Assembly: GCF_041146345.1 (NCBI RefSeq)
Contig: NW_027191404.1
Location: 992,001-1,056,000 of the forward strand
Length of the DNA: 64,000 nucleotides
Source: Neodothiora populina
Taxonomy: Eukaryota
Direction: 5' to 3'
Within the stretch, counting starts at the first letter, position 1. Every line of letters starts with the position of its first letter. The translations under genes were made by a program, and so were the position numbers. Positions 36,535 to 48,665 of this stretch are shown piece after piece. The notes under the pieces were generated by a model, which saw only the letters and a list, made by a program, of their open reading frames with translations, ran no database searches and was not told the origin of the DNA.

Positions 36535-37597
36535 ATGCATATCATCACCATCATCATCATCGTCATCATCATCGACCGATCTTAATTTCTCACTTCGACA
36601 ATCAGGCTTTTCCCATATTCCATTTGTTGGATTTTGTCGAAATCTTTGTTTCCTTTTTTGTTATTTAGCGAGGCGAAAATCAACCGGCGCTGTTCTTTCT
36701 TTTATATCCACATCATCCGGAGGAGGCAAAAATAAATGAAAAACCAGGGAAAGGGGGGGGGGGGGGAGAACAAGGAAGGAATTGTCAGGAAAGAATTGGA
36801 AATATACAGGAGGAAGGAACGGCGGATTTCCCCAATATCTCTATATATATATACCCCCACCCATGTCATGCGCGCATGCTGTTTGTTGGTTTTTCTTTTC
36901 TGTCGTTTTTTTCGCCTTGGATTTCTTGTTCTACACCTTTTTTTTATCATTCTTGTTGTTTCGATTTCCTCGAATCTCTGAGCGTTGCAGCGAAAAACGA
37001 GAAGACTTGCTTTAGATCTTCTTTTTGCTGTGCCCGTTCTTGCATCAATGCATATATCAAAAGATACACACGCATGTAACAACATAATGTCAAGAAAGAT
37101 AATTTTCAGATGCGTTTGATGTCGAGATCGATACTTTTCGTCATTTGCTTTCTCATGTTTGCGATGCTGTTTGTTGGGGCTTCCCGTGTTCTTGCCTGCT
37201 GCTGCTGCTGCTGCTGCTGCTCTCGTACTGGAAGGAAGATGCAGGAATTAAAGGTCTCACATAATTTTAAGGTCGATGAAAAGGCCATGATGCTTTAGAT
37301 ATGGCTGTCGATTTCGCAGTGCAGTAGAGAGCCATCTTTTGTATAGGACTTCTGTCTGGTTACGTAGATAAGACAACCCTTCTCCTACTTCATCACAAGG
37401 AGCTCAGCGGTATGCTGTGTATATATACCTCTGACTGGCAACTGATGGCCATTACTACTACTACCACCACCACCACTGCTCTTACTGCTTTTACAGTCAT
37501 ACCGTCGTCACTTAGCTTCGCAAACGATGTATTACTCTCAAAAGCACTTCCTCAAAACCTCAACACTTAACAAGCTTATGGGTGTCCATCCATATTC

Positions 37598-39463
37598 TTA
37601 TTTCTCGCGCCATATAACCCGTTCTCGGCAAGGGTTCTCTGTCAACGGTTCACCTAAGTCAGAGCCCTCATTTCTGTCCATGCCCGAGGATGTCGTGACA
37701 GTGGAAGTTGGGGATGACTCGTCACTGACAGACTTTGAGGACGGCGTAGATGTCTGACCTCTCATTGCCAAAGGCTTCTTCTCTCTCGTAGAAATTGAAA
37801 CCGCGGGTGCCCATGAGTCTACCACAGTGTCGATGCCGTGCATGGCTTTTTTGAGCTTACAAGCCTTTCCTCCTTCACTACCGTTACATCCAGGTTGAGT
37901 GCAGATGTGCCCGCGATAGCACTCTTTGAGACGGCATTCTCCTTTTGCAGGGCATGGAGAGGTCCGGAGAATACTCTCTAATACTCTCTTGAATGGTGGC
38001 TCGAGCGGACTATGGCTGTGGATGTAGATACAACGCGCTCCTTTCTCACAAAATCCGAGGAACTGAAAGTCGTTACACTGTTTCCGAGCCTGGGTACGCT
38101 TGTTGTACGCAGCGAAAAGGTCATTGGAGGGCGGCTCTTTGTAGAAATCTAGGCGATGGCCGTCACGATTGATGGGGATGAGGCCTTCTCTCTCCGAACT
38201 CCATCGGGGTAAGTAAGTTTCAGTCACCGTGACCTGGACTGTTGCGCTCGTATCTGAATGCTGTGAAGCAGAAGGACTGGGGCCGTGATCTCCATTGATC
38301 GTGCGTGACGAAGCAGTCCTGGAAGAGGCTGTATTATGCAAATTACTCCCGCTATCTCTTCTACCATCAATGGTCGCCTGGCTACTATTCCCAGCCACCT
38401 ATAAGAGCTGTCAGCTGCTTGCAGTCCTTGGCGTCATCGATGAAGTATTGCGAATAATGGGATATGTCGACTCCGGAATGCAGTAAAGTCAAAGCCGGTA
38501 AAGAAATCGTATGTATGACCTAGCATGACTCACCCGTACAGGCTGAGAGCTGGACCCACTATGAGCTGCAAGGTGTAGAGGTGTAAGGTTGACACTGCGC
38601 TGTGGATTGCTCGGTTGATATGGTGCTGCTCGGAGAGAGCCATCACCGATGTTAGGAAAGGCTGGACGCAGGGTATGAATGTCGTCTCTTAGAGGAGATG
38701 AACGGAAGACTGTGAATGGGTCTTCAATTTTCAGTTGAAGACCGAAGCAGTAGGGGCGCATGTTAACGCCACGGATCAAAGAGATACGATCAGCTCTGCC
38801 CATATATGATGTCAACATGGTATGGTAACCGCCATCATGGCAACCTGCAAAGAAGATGCGCTTGCATTGAGGGTTATCAGCAAATAACCTGAACATCTCG
38901 CGAATCTTAAAGTCGGCGGTTTCTTTCTCTTCACCAACATCGACAAAGTCGAAAAGATCCCGTGCACGATTGAAGCCTGCAACGAAGGGTGCTATAGAGC
39001 GCGCTTCATTACCAGCCACTCCGGCACGGGCAAGGGTTCTCGAGAGGCCTGCCAGATTTGCGTAGATACGAACCATGATTGTGAAATCCAATGCAGTGTG
39101 ACCCAGCTCTAGGAGTTTCTCCTTAACAACAGCATCAAGAAGATTGGCTGCTCGCACACCACCATCGGCACCAGATTTGATGAGAGCGTCCTCGAAAACG
39201 TAACCATCGCCATCGCCATCGACGAGTACAAGGACAAACGGGTTACGGTCTTGTCCTTGGCATAGCTTCTTGTACTTTTCACGAGCTTCCCTCTCCTCTT
39301 CGTAATCACTGCGTAACCGCCGGTAGCTACTGATGAGATTGTTCTAATCTTTTTCAAGGTTGACAATGTCATTCTGATGCTGGACAGCAGTAGTGTGAAA
39401 ATCTTGAACGCCATGAGTAAGACCTTCCAGTTCAGCATCATTCAGCATGGTTGATCCCGACAT
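37598..39463 (-). pseudogene. CCCH zinc-finger protein gene with in-frame premature TAG at 39344-39346; intron 38399-38533
   Basis: The frame reads MSGSTMLNDAELE...NLEKD*NNLISSYRRLRSDYEEEREAREKYK...NPFVLVLVDGDGDGYVF...FDFVDVGEEKETADFKIRE...CKRIFFAGCHDGGY. After a GTGAGT..GCTGAC..TAG intron come CCCH-like fingers (CNDFQFLGFCEKGARCIYIH; CPAKGECRLKECYRGH). Confidence 0.7.
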
Positions 39464-40426
39464 CGTAGATCCGGAGTGTCAGACGTCCTGAGGAGGTTCG
39501 TCTGATTTCTTGAGCTGTAGTATATTGCTGAGTGCGAAATGGAACGAGAATAGCATATGCCATTCAGCAATGCTGCTAAAATCTTCGTACCTGAGGACCT
39601 GTTCGCACTTTATCTACTCGACTCGGTCTCAACGAAGAGCATCAGACTCGCCACGAAACGATATATTGAGCTCATAGTGATGCGCAGCATGAAGGCAAGG
39701 TGAGGTGAGACAGGAAGCTCTTGATCATGTTCAGCCATTGACAGCGAATGATAAATCTGCCAAGGCTAGATAGATTATCCCGAGCGCGTGTGGAGACATG
39801 TGAGTGGTTGACTACTTGGAGATGATGGGGAATGAGTGAGGCGCCAAACGCAGCATGGAGGTATTGGTGCGCAGCATGGAGGTGTTGGTGGGTCCTGCGC
39901 AGGGTGTTCTTTGTGGCAGTGTGTAGGTACCTTAGCTATCCGAAGCCACTCGTCGTGCGGTGCACCAACAATGACGGGATGGAACCGGAGTCTTGGGATT
40001 TCCTAGCATGCTTCAATCGACGTAGTCGTTTCTGCTCGGAGCTGGACTCACCAAAACAAGTTTACTGCAATGAAGAAGTGGCGCCGAGCGATGGCAAAGG
40101 TTTCGATACACGTCCAAGGGTGAAGCTATATCGAGATATTAAAGAGCAAATTACCAGCATCAATTCACCATGTGTCACACCGTGTGGGAAGAAAGACGTA
40201 TTTGGATCATATTTGCCCTCGTTGCATAAAACCAACGTACATGCAGAATTGCGTGTACTGATCCGTATCGGTTTTCCCTCAATCGCACGCCAGCAAACTG
40301 AATACCTGTAGCCCACGAACAACAGAGAGAGAGAAACACCCTTCACACCTTGGAAAGCACCGTCGGAACAGACTTGTGCATTTTTGGTTATCATCAAACT
40401 GCGCCACCGCTGGAACAATTCATAAT

Positions 40427-41429
40427 TTAGGCCTTGACCTCGTCCTCGGCGGCAATGGCGTTCCTCTTCTCGTTGATGCGCTCCTGTCTCCTCTCGCGAG
40501 CAGCCTTGGTCTTTGCGCGCTTGGCGTCCATCTCCTCCTTGAGCTTGAGCTCACGAGCCTTCTCGGCCTTGGCCTTGTGGATCTGTGGTATGGTGTTAGA
40601 AAAGGTGGATGGACGTTGGCGATGATGTCATGATTTATGACATGGAGCTGGATGGTTGACTTACGTGCTCAACAAGGGCACGCTTGTGCTTGAAGGTGTT
40701 ACCCTTGCTCAGGTGGTAGAGCTCGTGGTAAAGGTGCTTGTCGATCTTGCCGGCAGCGCGGTACTTGACTAGAAGACGACGGAGGACACGGAGACGGCGC
40801 ATCCACACGACTTGGCTATACGTGACTTCGTCAATATATTGTTTTTTTTCTTATCCCATCAATTTAAAGTAGTTTTCTTCTTCTGTTTCTCTCCTTCTTC
40901 TGATGACTTTTGCCTAGTCATCATGGGTGGTGATGATGGTTTGCTCCGTCGAGGTCGTAACCCCTCAAAAGACAGGGGGTGAAAATTCGTCATACCTGGG
41001 CATACGAGCATCCTTGGTACCCTTTCTCTTACCGAAGCCACGGTGACGACCGATGCGGCGGGCAGCGGTGAGCTCTCTGGCGCGGGAGCGAGAGTGCATG
41101 GTAACGGGCTTGCGGATGATGAGGCCATCGGAGACGAGCTTGCGGATGGTCTGGCGAGAGTTGGCGTTGGAGATCTCGCTCATCTCGTTGGGGTCGAGCC
41201 AGATCTTGCGCTTGCCACAGCCTACGACTGCGGCAGCCAGGCGCTTCTGAGTACGGAGGTTGACCCTGTTTGTTGGACTTTTGTCAGCCATTTGTGCGAT
41301 GGATGACTTTTTGCCGCCCGGAGGAGGCGTGCGAGGCAGAGTCTCGCAACTAAGTGCTACATGTCGATGGGGCGGCCAGAATCTGCTGCTTGCAACACTC
41401 TCTCCGGACGACGGGGATTAGACTAACAT
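40427..41429 (-). CDS. rpl19: 60S ribosomal protein L19 (eL19); exons 41428-41429, 40996-41265, 40665-40815, 40427-40582
   Basis: [30 protein letters not shown]...[34 protein letters not shown]...[22 protein letters not shown]; three GT-AG introns. Confidence 0.97.
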
Positions 41430-43330
41430 CTTGAATAGGGAATCTGGATGCGGTCGATGGTCGTTGTCAATGTCGTCGCTCGCTGGGCGTGAAAAAGGTC
41501 AAAGTCGAAGGCGGCGTTGTGATGGAATGACAGACGCTAATCCTTGCACGTGACCAACTTTGCTTCCTTTTTACTAACCCCGCTTTCCGACTTGTGTGTC
41601 CTCGCTTAGGAAGCGCCAAGCCCGTGACTCTGTATGCAAAGCCGAAGCTGTTTGTACTTGGGTTTGTGTGAGCAGATGATGATGAGAGGCTGATTGATGG
41701 CCATCTCACCTATATACGGTAGCTAAGTAATGTTCTCGAAGATTATCGCATAATTCATTTGGGCTCTATTCTTGAGTATGTGCGGCGTGTCTAGTATCTG
41801 GCAATTCAGCGTGGACTAGCACCCGTAGTATCACTGCCTTTGTGACTTGACATGTACATTTTCTGTGGGACACTGCCATTCTTCAACCCCGTTCACCTAA
41901 TGCATTTCACGTCTATTCCATCGAAGGACTCCTTGCTACTTGCAAAGTGGCATTGCCATTCCTCAACGCAATGACGAGGCTTAATCGTGGAGGCCTGCCG
42001 TCGTCGGTATGTGATCATTAAATTCGCCATATGTTCCAGATCGTGTTTTCATGCCACGAATAAGCATGCCGTAGGTAGAAGGATGAATAGCATTCATTGT
42101 AACAGCACACAGCTCTATGCCTAGGCAGATATTTGACAACCTATTTAGCTTGAGATCATGAGCAGGTTCGCTTTACTGCGCTCGCCACACTTTCTCACGA
42201 GTGTCTGCACTCGTCAAAGTAGACTGTTCAAACTACGCAAGTTGAAGTCCAGCGCAGGTGGTAGCGAGACAACGATGTTCTGATTTTGGCCTGCACCACG
42301 GGATTCGATGATGCCTCTGGAAATGAGTCCATCATGCGGATTCTTGCCAGTACTTGTGACATTTGAAAAGCAATATAAGACGACTGCGCCAGACGCGCAC
42401 TCGACCTTTTGAGTCGAGTCCTGCTCCGGTGCAGACGAGGCCGTGTGCAAACGAACGGATTACTCCCGGACCAACTTACATTTCGCTGTATGAACCGACT
42501 GTGCTCTCGAGATCGATAGATCACTTCGATCGCTTGTGTCGGAGCAAGTTGCCTGTGAAGAAGTTGCTCTCGAAGCAGTGGGACTAACTACGAGGGCGCA
42601 TCATCGGTGCGACGCGCCTTCGAGGTCAGGTGCCAACTTGACTCAAATCTGGTCCATTTCACTCCAAAGCTCCCTCGATGCAAATTATATCAATGGCTTG
42701 ATCATGGTTTGGTACGAAACTTGTTGGCGAAGTCAAGCGTACTGGCAGACTAACACTCTCGCAAACCTGGCCCATGGAGGCAAGTGGACCGACGAAGAAC
42801 AGCGGTCGGCATTTCGATATCATGCTTTTGTCCTCTCAGATCCACGGCAAAATCGAAAGACATGCTCAATATATTTCTTCCGGATTCCTTGTCGACTTTC
42901 TCTGAATTCTACCGAAGCGAGTAGGGTCAATTCCCCAAATGATGCCCTTCTGTAGGTAGCGTGGGCGAGCTGCGGGGTAGATTCATGGGGACTGGAGATC
43001 CAAGTCGGAAAGGATCAACATTGATCTTCATCGCATAACACTCTTCCCGAGCCATCTATACTTGTAATGCTGTGAGTCGGCAAGGATATTGGAGTCGAGT
43101 ACCTTGCATGACCTTGGTTCCCTTCGGCAGCATGACCGCTCTGCAGATGCCGCCGTTCTTTTCTTCGAGCATCTCGGACCTGCAGAGTATGGGCAATTCT
43201 CCCGGTTCTGTTTAATGAACTGGATGACATAGGTATGGTGGTAATATAAATAAAGGTAGTACATGTCCGTTGTTCTTTCTTTTCGTCATATGAATCTGTC
43301 TTCGTGTTGCTCGAAGTATAGCAAGCAAGG

Positions 43331-44643
43331 ATGCATATCTCTCAGATCTTGCTGGCTGCAGCAGTAGCGATAGTACCCACAGCACTGGGCAAAGCAATAA
43401 ACAGACATCATATCTCCCCCAGCAACATCACGGTCTCGAACGTGACCATCTTCGACCCCCCATCCAACTACACCATCCCACGCACCCTTTACGCCCGCAC
43501 TCTAGCCCTGACATGCGATGACGGAGATAAAGAAGAAACAGTACTAGCGACATGGGAGAACTACCTCTACAACAACAACTCGAACCCCTATTTTCCTATC
43601 TATGCCTCCTCGGACGGCGGACAGACCTGGAGTGAGCGGTCGCGAGTCTACGATCAAGTCAACGGATGGGGACTGCGCTACCAACCCTTTTTGTACGAGC
43701 TGCCCGAGACGATTGGCGACTTCGAAAAGGGCACCGTGTTGTTGGCGGGCAATTCGATTCCGGACGATTTGTCCGAGACGCTGATTGATGTGTATGCGAG
43801 CTATGACAAAGGGTTCGTATTCTTCCTTCTCGCTCCCAGCAGCAGCAAGCCAAACAAGAAAAAGAGCCTCGACTAACAGCCCCTGGGGAAAACCCAAACA
43901 GATACACATGGACCTTCATATCGCACGTCGCGCGCGGCGGCGAAGCCCTGCCCAACAACGGCCTCACCCCCGTCTGGGAACCCTTCCTGATGGTCTACGA
44001 GTCCCAAATCGTGTGTTTCTATAGCGACCAGCGAGACCCCTTACACGGGCAGAAACTGGTGCACCAAGTCTCGTCCGACCTGCACAGCTGGGGCGAAATC
44101 GTCAACGACGTGCGCTACGACAACTACACTTTCCGGCCGGGCATGACGACCGTCGCCAGACTGCCGGGACAGAACGACAGCGAGCCGAAGTATATCATGA
44201 CGTACGAGTTCTACGGTGCTCCAGAGGCGGATTTCGCGGTGTATTACCGCGTCTCTGACTCGCCTTTGACGTTTGACGATAAGCCTGGTCATGCGATTAT
44301 CGCAGACGACGGCACTGTTCCTGTTGGCTCGCCGTATGTCGTCTATGCACCCCTCGGCCACGGCAAAGATCCAAAAGGCGCCGTCGTCGTGACGTGTGGA
44401 TCTTCGCCTGAGTTGTTTGTTCATTCTGGTGACTTTGGGCCTGATGATCAGTGTGGCGGGTGGACGACGCTGGACACGCCGGAGGGCACGAGTTATTCTA
44501 GGAGTTTGAGGGTCGAGAAGCGGGGAACGGGAAAGGTCATGGTTGCTGGTGGAGGCGTGCTTGGTGGTGAGAGTAATAGGGTTACGGTCAGTGTGGTTGA
44601 TGTTGGCGGGGTCGAGTTTGGTGGGAACGGCACGAGTTGTTGA
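43331..44643 (+). CDS. Secreted GH93 exo-alpha-1,5-L-arabinanase-like (BNR/Asp-box) protein; intron 43813-43901
   Basis: Signal peptide; PRTLYAR, LATWENY, YFPIYASSDGGQTW, NGWGLRYQPFLYELP, PVWEPF, YSDQRDP..HGQKLVHQ, RPGMTTVA, YIMTYEF, SYSRSL motifs typical of fungal GH93. Confidence 0.85.
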
Positions 44644-44860
44644 TTCCGTTGTCACTAGATAAGTGTAACACAAGTACGAGCAGAAACAACCATCAGCTCT
44701 GGTGCAGAGAGACTTGGCAGTCTTTTTTCTTCTCATGGTATGACTTTTTGTGCATGATATTCAGACTACACTATCAATCCAGACATCTAACCTCCTCGAA
44801 CAAAAAAGACAAGGGGCACCATTTCAACAACCTTGTTACTGCCAATTGGAGTAAAAGAAT

Positions 44861-46045
44861 CTAGAAAGGGGGCAACCAGAAGGGGTATCCGCCGTTCTTC
44901 ATTCTGAAGACGGACAACAAAAAACTGTACATGGCCAGCATGACACCACCCCAGACAATGATCATTATGCCCTGGACCTTGGGGTCGACGACTCTAGGAA
45001 CCTTGAGGGCGAGGGAAATGGTGGCGAAAGCAAGGATGCCGTCTGAGAGACAAGTCAGCGAAATGGAAACAAGTGTGGGTAGGCAGAAATGAAACATACA
45101 CATGGCAGCGACAATCTGGGTCTCAAGACCGAACTGGTTCTGGAAGCCACCGGCAAAGTAGGAGATGCCGCCCTTGCCGTCACCGGCGATGTATGGAACC
45201 TTTCTGATGTGGTTGAACATGTGGCCAGAAGTGAAGAGCAGGACGGCGATGATGCTGATGGCAGCCCAGAGATTGCGGTTCTGCAGCAGAGGAAGAACAT
45301 AGGGACCGGCGACGGCGGCGAGAGTGATGAAGCCGAGGACGGAGACGGTGGTGATGATCAGCTTCATCCAGTTGAATGGACGGTTGAAGGGCGGGGTGGG
45401 AGAGGAAGGGAGATGGCGGCCTAGCCAGGCGTGGATGGGTTCAGCGCGGTTGGTGCTGCGGTCCAAGTGTCAGCTGGATGCATCACAAGACTGTAACAAG
45501 GTCTCTGTCTTACCCCGTGGAGAAGTCGAAGCGGACAGGGGCGCCATCTGGTTTGGCGTCTGGACCGAGGGTGGGAGGAAAGAGGAGGAGGACGGGGGCG
45601 GTTTGCAGCATCAACTGCAGATGGAAAATGTCAGCGCCGGACGCGTTGAAAGACATACGATGGAAATCGGAGGTCATCAACGTACAGACTGGAACGTCTT
45701 CTGTCCATTGGCAAAGTCCAGAGTGCCAAAGACGAGTCTCGACTGGCTGTCCTTGTCACCCTTTGCCCAACTCTTGGCCAGCAGATTCCACTCTGGCTGG
45801 AAGTCCTGGCAGAGCACACATCCGAACCTCGCCTCCAGAGCGGTCAGAAGCACAGCGACCGAGTAGTCGCGGGGAGCCTTGGTCAGGTCGGCGTAGACAT
45901 TGTCGTCGAGCTTGAGAGCGGAAGCGGCGCTGAGCTGTTGCTTGTTGTATCCGGCGAACCTGTCGACCGACTTGGACGAGGGCTTTTTGGCGGCGAGGGC
46001 TGTGAATGGCAGCAGAGCAGCTGTCAAGGCTGTGAAGAACCTCAT
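44861..46045 (-). CDS. ost3: Oligosaccharyltransferase gamma subunit OST3/OST6; exons 45686-46045, 45514-45614, 45100-45455, 44861-45042
   Basis: Signal peptide; thioredoxin-like CVLC motif after PRDYSVAVLLTA; LFTSGHMFNHIRKVPY; FQNQFGLETQIVA; C-terminal KNGGYPFWLPPF. Confidence 0.92.
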
Positions 46046-46541
46046 CGTCGGGGATTATGTGGGTGTTGTGTATTGTGTATTACTCGCAGCAGAGTAGTTG
46101 TCTACGTGTTGCGTGTCGTTGCTTGTCTTGTGCTCGTACCTGCCAAGACTGGCCTCCAGTTGTTACCTCGAGCTCCACGTACCCACCTGATCTGTACGGA
46201 TACTGTAGTCTGTACTCGGAAGGCGGGGAATCATGACGCCGGCCTTGCCCCGATATACAAAGGTACAAAGGAACAGGTCCGCGTGCCTGTCGTGTTTCGC
46301 GTTCTGGTGAAGGAACGGCAGAAAGAGAAAGAGCCAGAGCCTTGGCAATGTTTGTTTGGATCCAGAGCAGAGACCCGACGACCCCGACTGCCCGGCTATA
46401 GCATAACACAATCATCGTAATCATCATCATTATCATCATCATCTATCCTTGAAAATAACCCTCATCATTGCCGCATGATACAACAAACATACACCTACCC
46501 TTTTTCTTCTCTTCTGTGGTCAGATACACCCTCCCATCACC

Positions 46542-48665
46542 ATGGCAGTGGTATCTACAATGCATACTTCCCTCGACAGTAATGTATTTGCTCACCAGTC
46601 CCTTCCTTGTTTTCCATGTGTCTCTGTCCTGACCGCTACTCATCTGCAGTACGACCAGCTGTCTCTGCAGTCATCACAGCTCGAACTTGCATATAATCGC
46701 AGCACGCACCTAATCGACATTCTATCCAAGGATGAATCAATCCGCAAGCTCCGCGCTCAGTCGCACATACTGGAGGACGACTCCGAGGAGTTGCGCGACC
46801 TGCTCGCCCAAGAAGAAGATCGCGCCGAGAGTCTCGAGAAATTGGTGCAGGACAATCTGGCGCGCGCAGAAGATGCAGAGGCGCGCGCCACAGACCTCGA
46901 AGCCGAGCTGCGCGCAATGGACCAGGAGGTCAGCATGTTGAGAGCCGAGACGAAGGCGCTACACAACATCACCACCGACTCTGAAAAACTCCTGACCGAG
47001 AAACTCGAGTTGACTCGCGAATTGTCTACTCTCAAACCCGAACTCGAATACCTCCGCGCCCGCCTCTCGTCCAACGACTCTCTGCTGACCGAGAAGCTGT
47101 CACTGCAGCGTCAGTTGAGCGAGATCCAGGTCCAACTCGAACACTCCAGATCCGAGACGAAGCGCGCACAGGCGAAGCGCAGGAACACCGTCTTCGAACT
47201 CGACCAGGAAGAGCAGCTGTCAGACTTGCAAAAGTCCCTGACGCGCGAGAAGCGCAAGCGCGAAAAGGCAGAGGAGGCTCTGGACAGTGCGCGAGCAGAG
47301 ATCGAGCGGCTGGAGAAGAGTGACCAGAAGAAGTCGGCCAATGACGCCAAACTCGCCGAGAACGAGGCGGGATTCGAGGTCCAGCTCGAAGATGCCAGAC
47401 GACAACTCGCAGCCGACAAGAAGGAGCGAGAGAGAGTTGAAAAGACGCTCTCAAAAAGCCAACAGGACTGGGAAGCCACAAAGGCTCTGCTCGACGACAA
47501 GCTGAACCAGTTCCGCTCAAAGCTCAAGTCGACCAAAGCGAGACTCAAGGAAACCGAAGATCAACTGGCCGAAGCCCAACACGCAGCTGCCGCAAGCGTC
47601 CAAACCAACATCATACCCATCACCAAATCAAAGAAGTCAACGACAGAAACAACCAAACCAGCGACGAAGAAGAGAAAAGCGGGCGAAATCGACCCAGACT
47701 CTCAGAAACTAGGCACACCAGGTCAAGACAAGCCCGCCAAAAAGGGACGAAAAGCCGCTGCCGCAGCCGCAGCGGCCGCTGTGGGAGACAAATCGACCTT
47801 TAGCATCACGCCTTTTTTGAACCGCACATTGAGTATCCAGCCCGAGGGATCGCCATCTTCAAATGCCGGCCACGGTGCGTCAGATTCTGAAGCCGACTCG
47901 GACGACGTAGCTTCTCCTGCAGCTGTCGCAAAGACAACAAAGCTCAAGAAATTGCCACTTGCCCCCGTGCCCGCCAACGAAGCAAACATTGAGAAAACAG
48001 CATCTTCTGCGACGTCTGGATCCTCGGGCCGAGCCAAGAAAGCACCAAAACCCATCGAACAGCTAGAAAAGGTCGAAGAGGAGGACGAAGACGACAATGA
48101 AGAAGACGAAGAAGCAATGTCCGCCCAGCAGCCAAAGAAATCTTCGACAGCGAAGCAGTCCAAGACGACCGTCAGCAAGATCCCACTGAAAGGTGGCGAA
48201 GATGACGATGGTACCACCTCCAAACCAGCAGCAGCGGAAGGCAAAGAGAACGCCCAGCAACGCAAACCCAAACAAAAAGTCCGCAAATCTCTCGCGACCT
48301 TCACTTCTTTTGTCCTCGACCCAGAGCCGACGACGAGAATGGACAAGTCGCAAAAGGAGAAGCAAAAGAGCAAGAAACGCAAGCTCGGCGGACTGGTCAA
48401 GACTCTGTTTGACGACGACGATGACAACAACAACAACGCCAACGACAACGCCACGTCGTCGAAACCACTGCCTGGCCGTTTCGGAGTTTTCAAGGGTGGC
48501 AGTGTCCTGTCTGGAGCCACAGGTTCGGCTTTTGGCAATGCTGCGGGAGCGAGAAAGCCAAAGACCAAAGCCAGTGGGTTGCTGATGGAGAGTGCGGACG
48601 GCGCATTTCAGTTCTCCCCGCTGAAGAGGAATCGGGGCGGCGCTGGTGCCAGTTTTTTCAAGTAG
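46542..48665 (+). CDS. Fungal coiled-coil protein with basic/acidic disordered C-terminus; probable in-frame intron 46551-46649
   Basis: Long open frame with about 300 aa of heptad-rich sequence; NLS-like KKRKA and KKRKL; short motifs KSTFSITPFLNRT and FSPLKR. The putative intron reads GTATCT...CTGAC...CAG (99 nt). Confidence 0.75.
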   Translation: MAVVSTMHTSLDSNVFAHQSLPCFPCVSVLTATHLQYDQLSLQSSQLELAYNRSTHLIDILSKDESIRKLRAQSHILEDDSEELRDLLAQEEDRAESLEKLVQDNLARAEDAEARATDLEAELRAMDQEVSMLRAETKALHNITTDSEKLLTEKLELTRELSTLKPELEYLRARLSSNDSLLTEKLSLQRQLSEIQVQLEHSRSETKRAQAKRRNTVFELDQEEQLSDLQKSLTREKRKREKAEEALDSARAEIERLEKSDQKKSANDAKLAENEAGFEVQLEDARRQLAADKKERERVEKTLSKSQQDWEATKALLDDKLNQFRSKLKSTKARLKETEDQLAEAQHAAAASVQTNIIPITKSKKSTTETTKPATKKRKAGEIDPDSQKLGTPGQDKPAKKGRKAAAAAAAAAVGDKSTFSITPFLNRTLSIQPEGSPSSNAGHGASDSEADSDDVASPAAVAKTTKLKKLPLAPVPANEANIEKTASSATSGSSGRAKKAPKPIEQLEKVEEEDEDDNEEDEEAMSAQQPKKSSTAKQSKTTVSKIPLKGGEDDDGTTSKPAAAEGKENAQQRKPKQKVRKSLATFTSFVLDPEPTTRMDKSQKEKQKSKKRKLGGLVKTLFDDDDDNNNNANDNATSSKPLPGRFGVFKGGSVLSGATGSAFGNAAGARKPKTKASGLLMESADGAFQFSPLKRNRGGAGASFFK

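Noticed and set aside
35781..36668. 295-aa alternate-frame ORF inside the Lte1-like gene, and similar long antisense ORFs over syp1, GH93 and the coiled-coil gene
   Set aside because: Shadow ORFs expected from GC-rich codon usage in the real CDS.
39849..39890. Two tandem copies of a 21-nt unit (CGCAGCATGGAGGTRTTGGTG)
   Set aside because: Only two adjacent copies with no spacers; a simple local duplication, not an array.
41900..43240. Fragmentary ORFs between rpl19 and the GH93 gene, possible gene relic
   Set aside because: No frame gives a recognisable family motif or a consistent exon chain.
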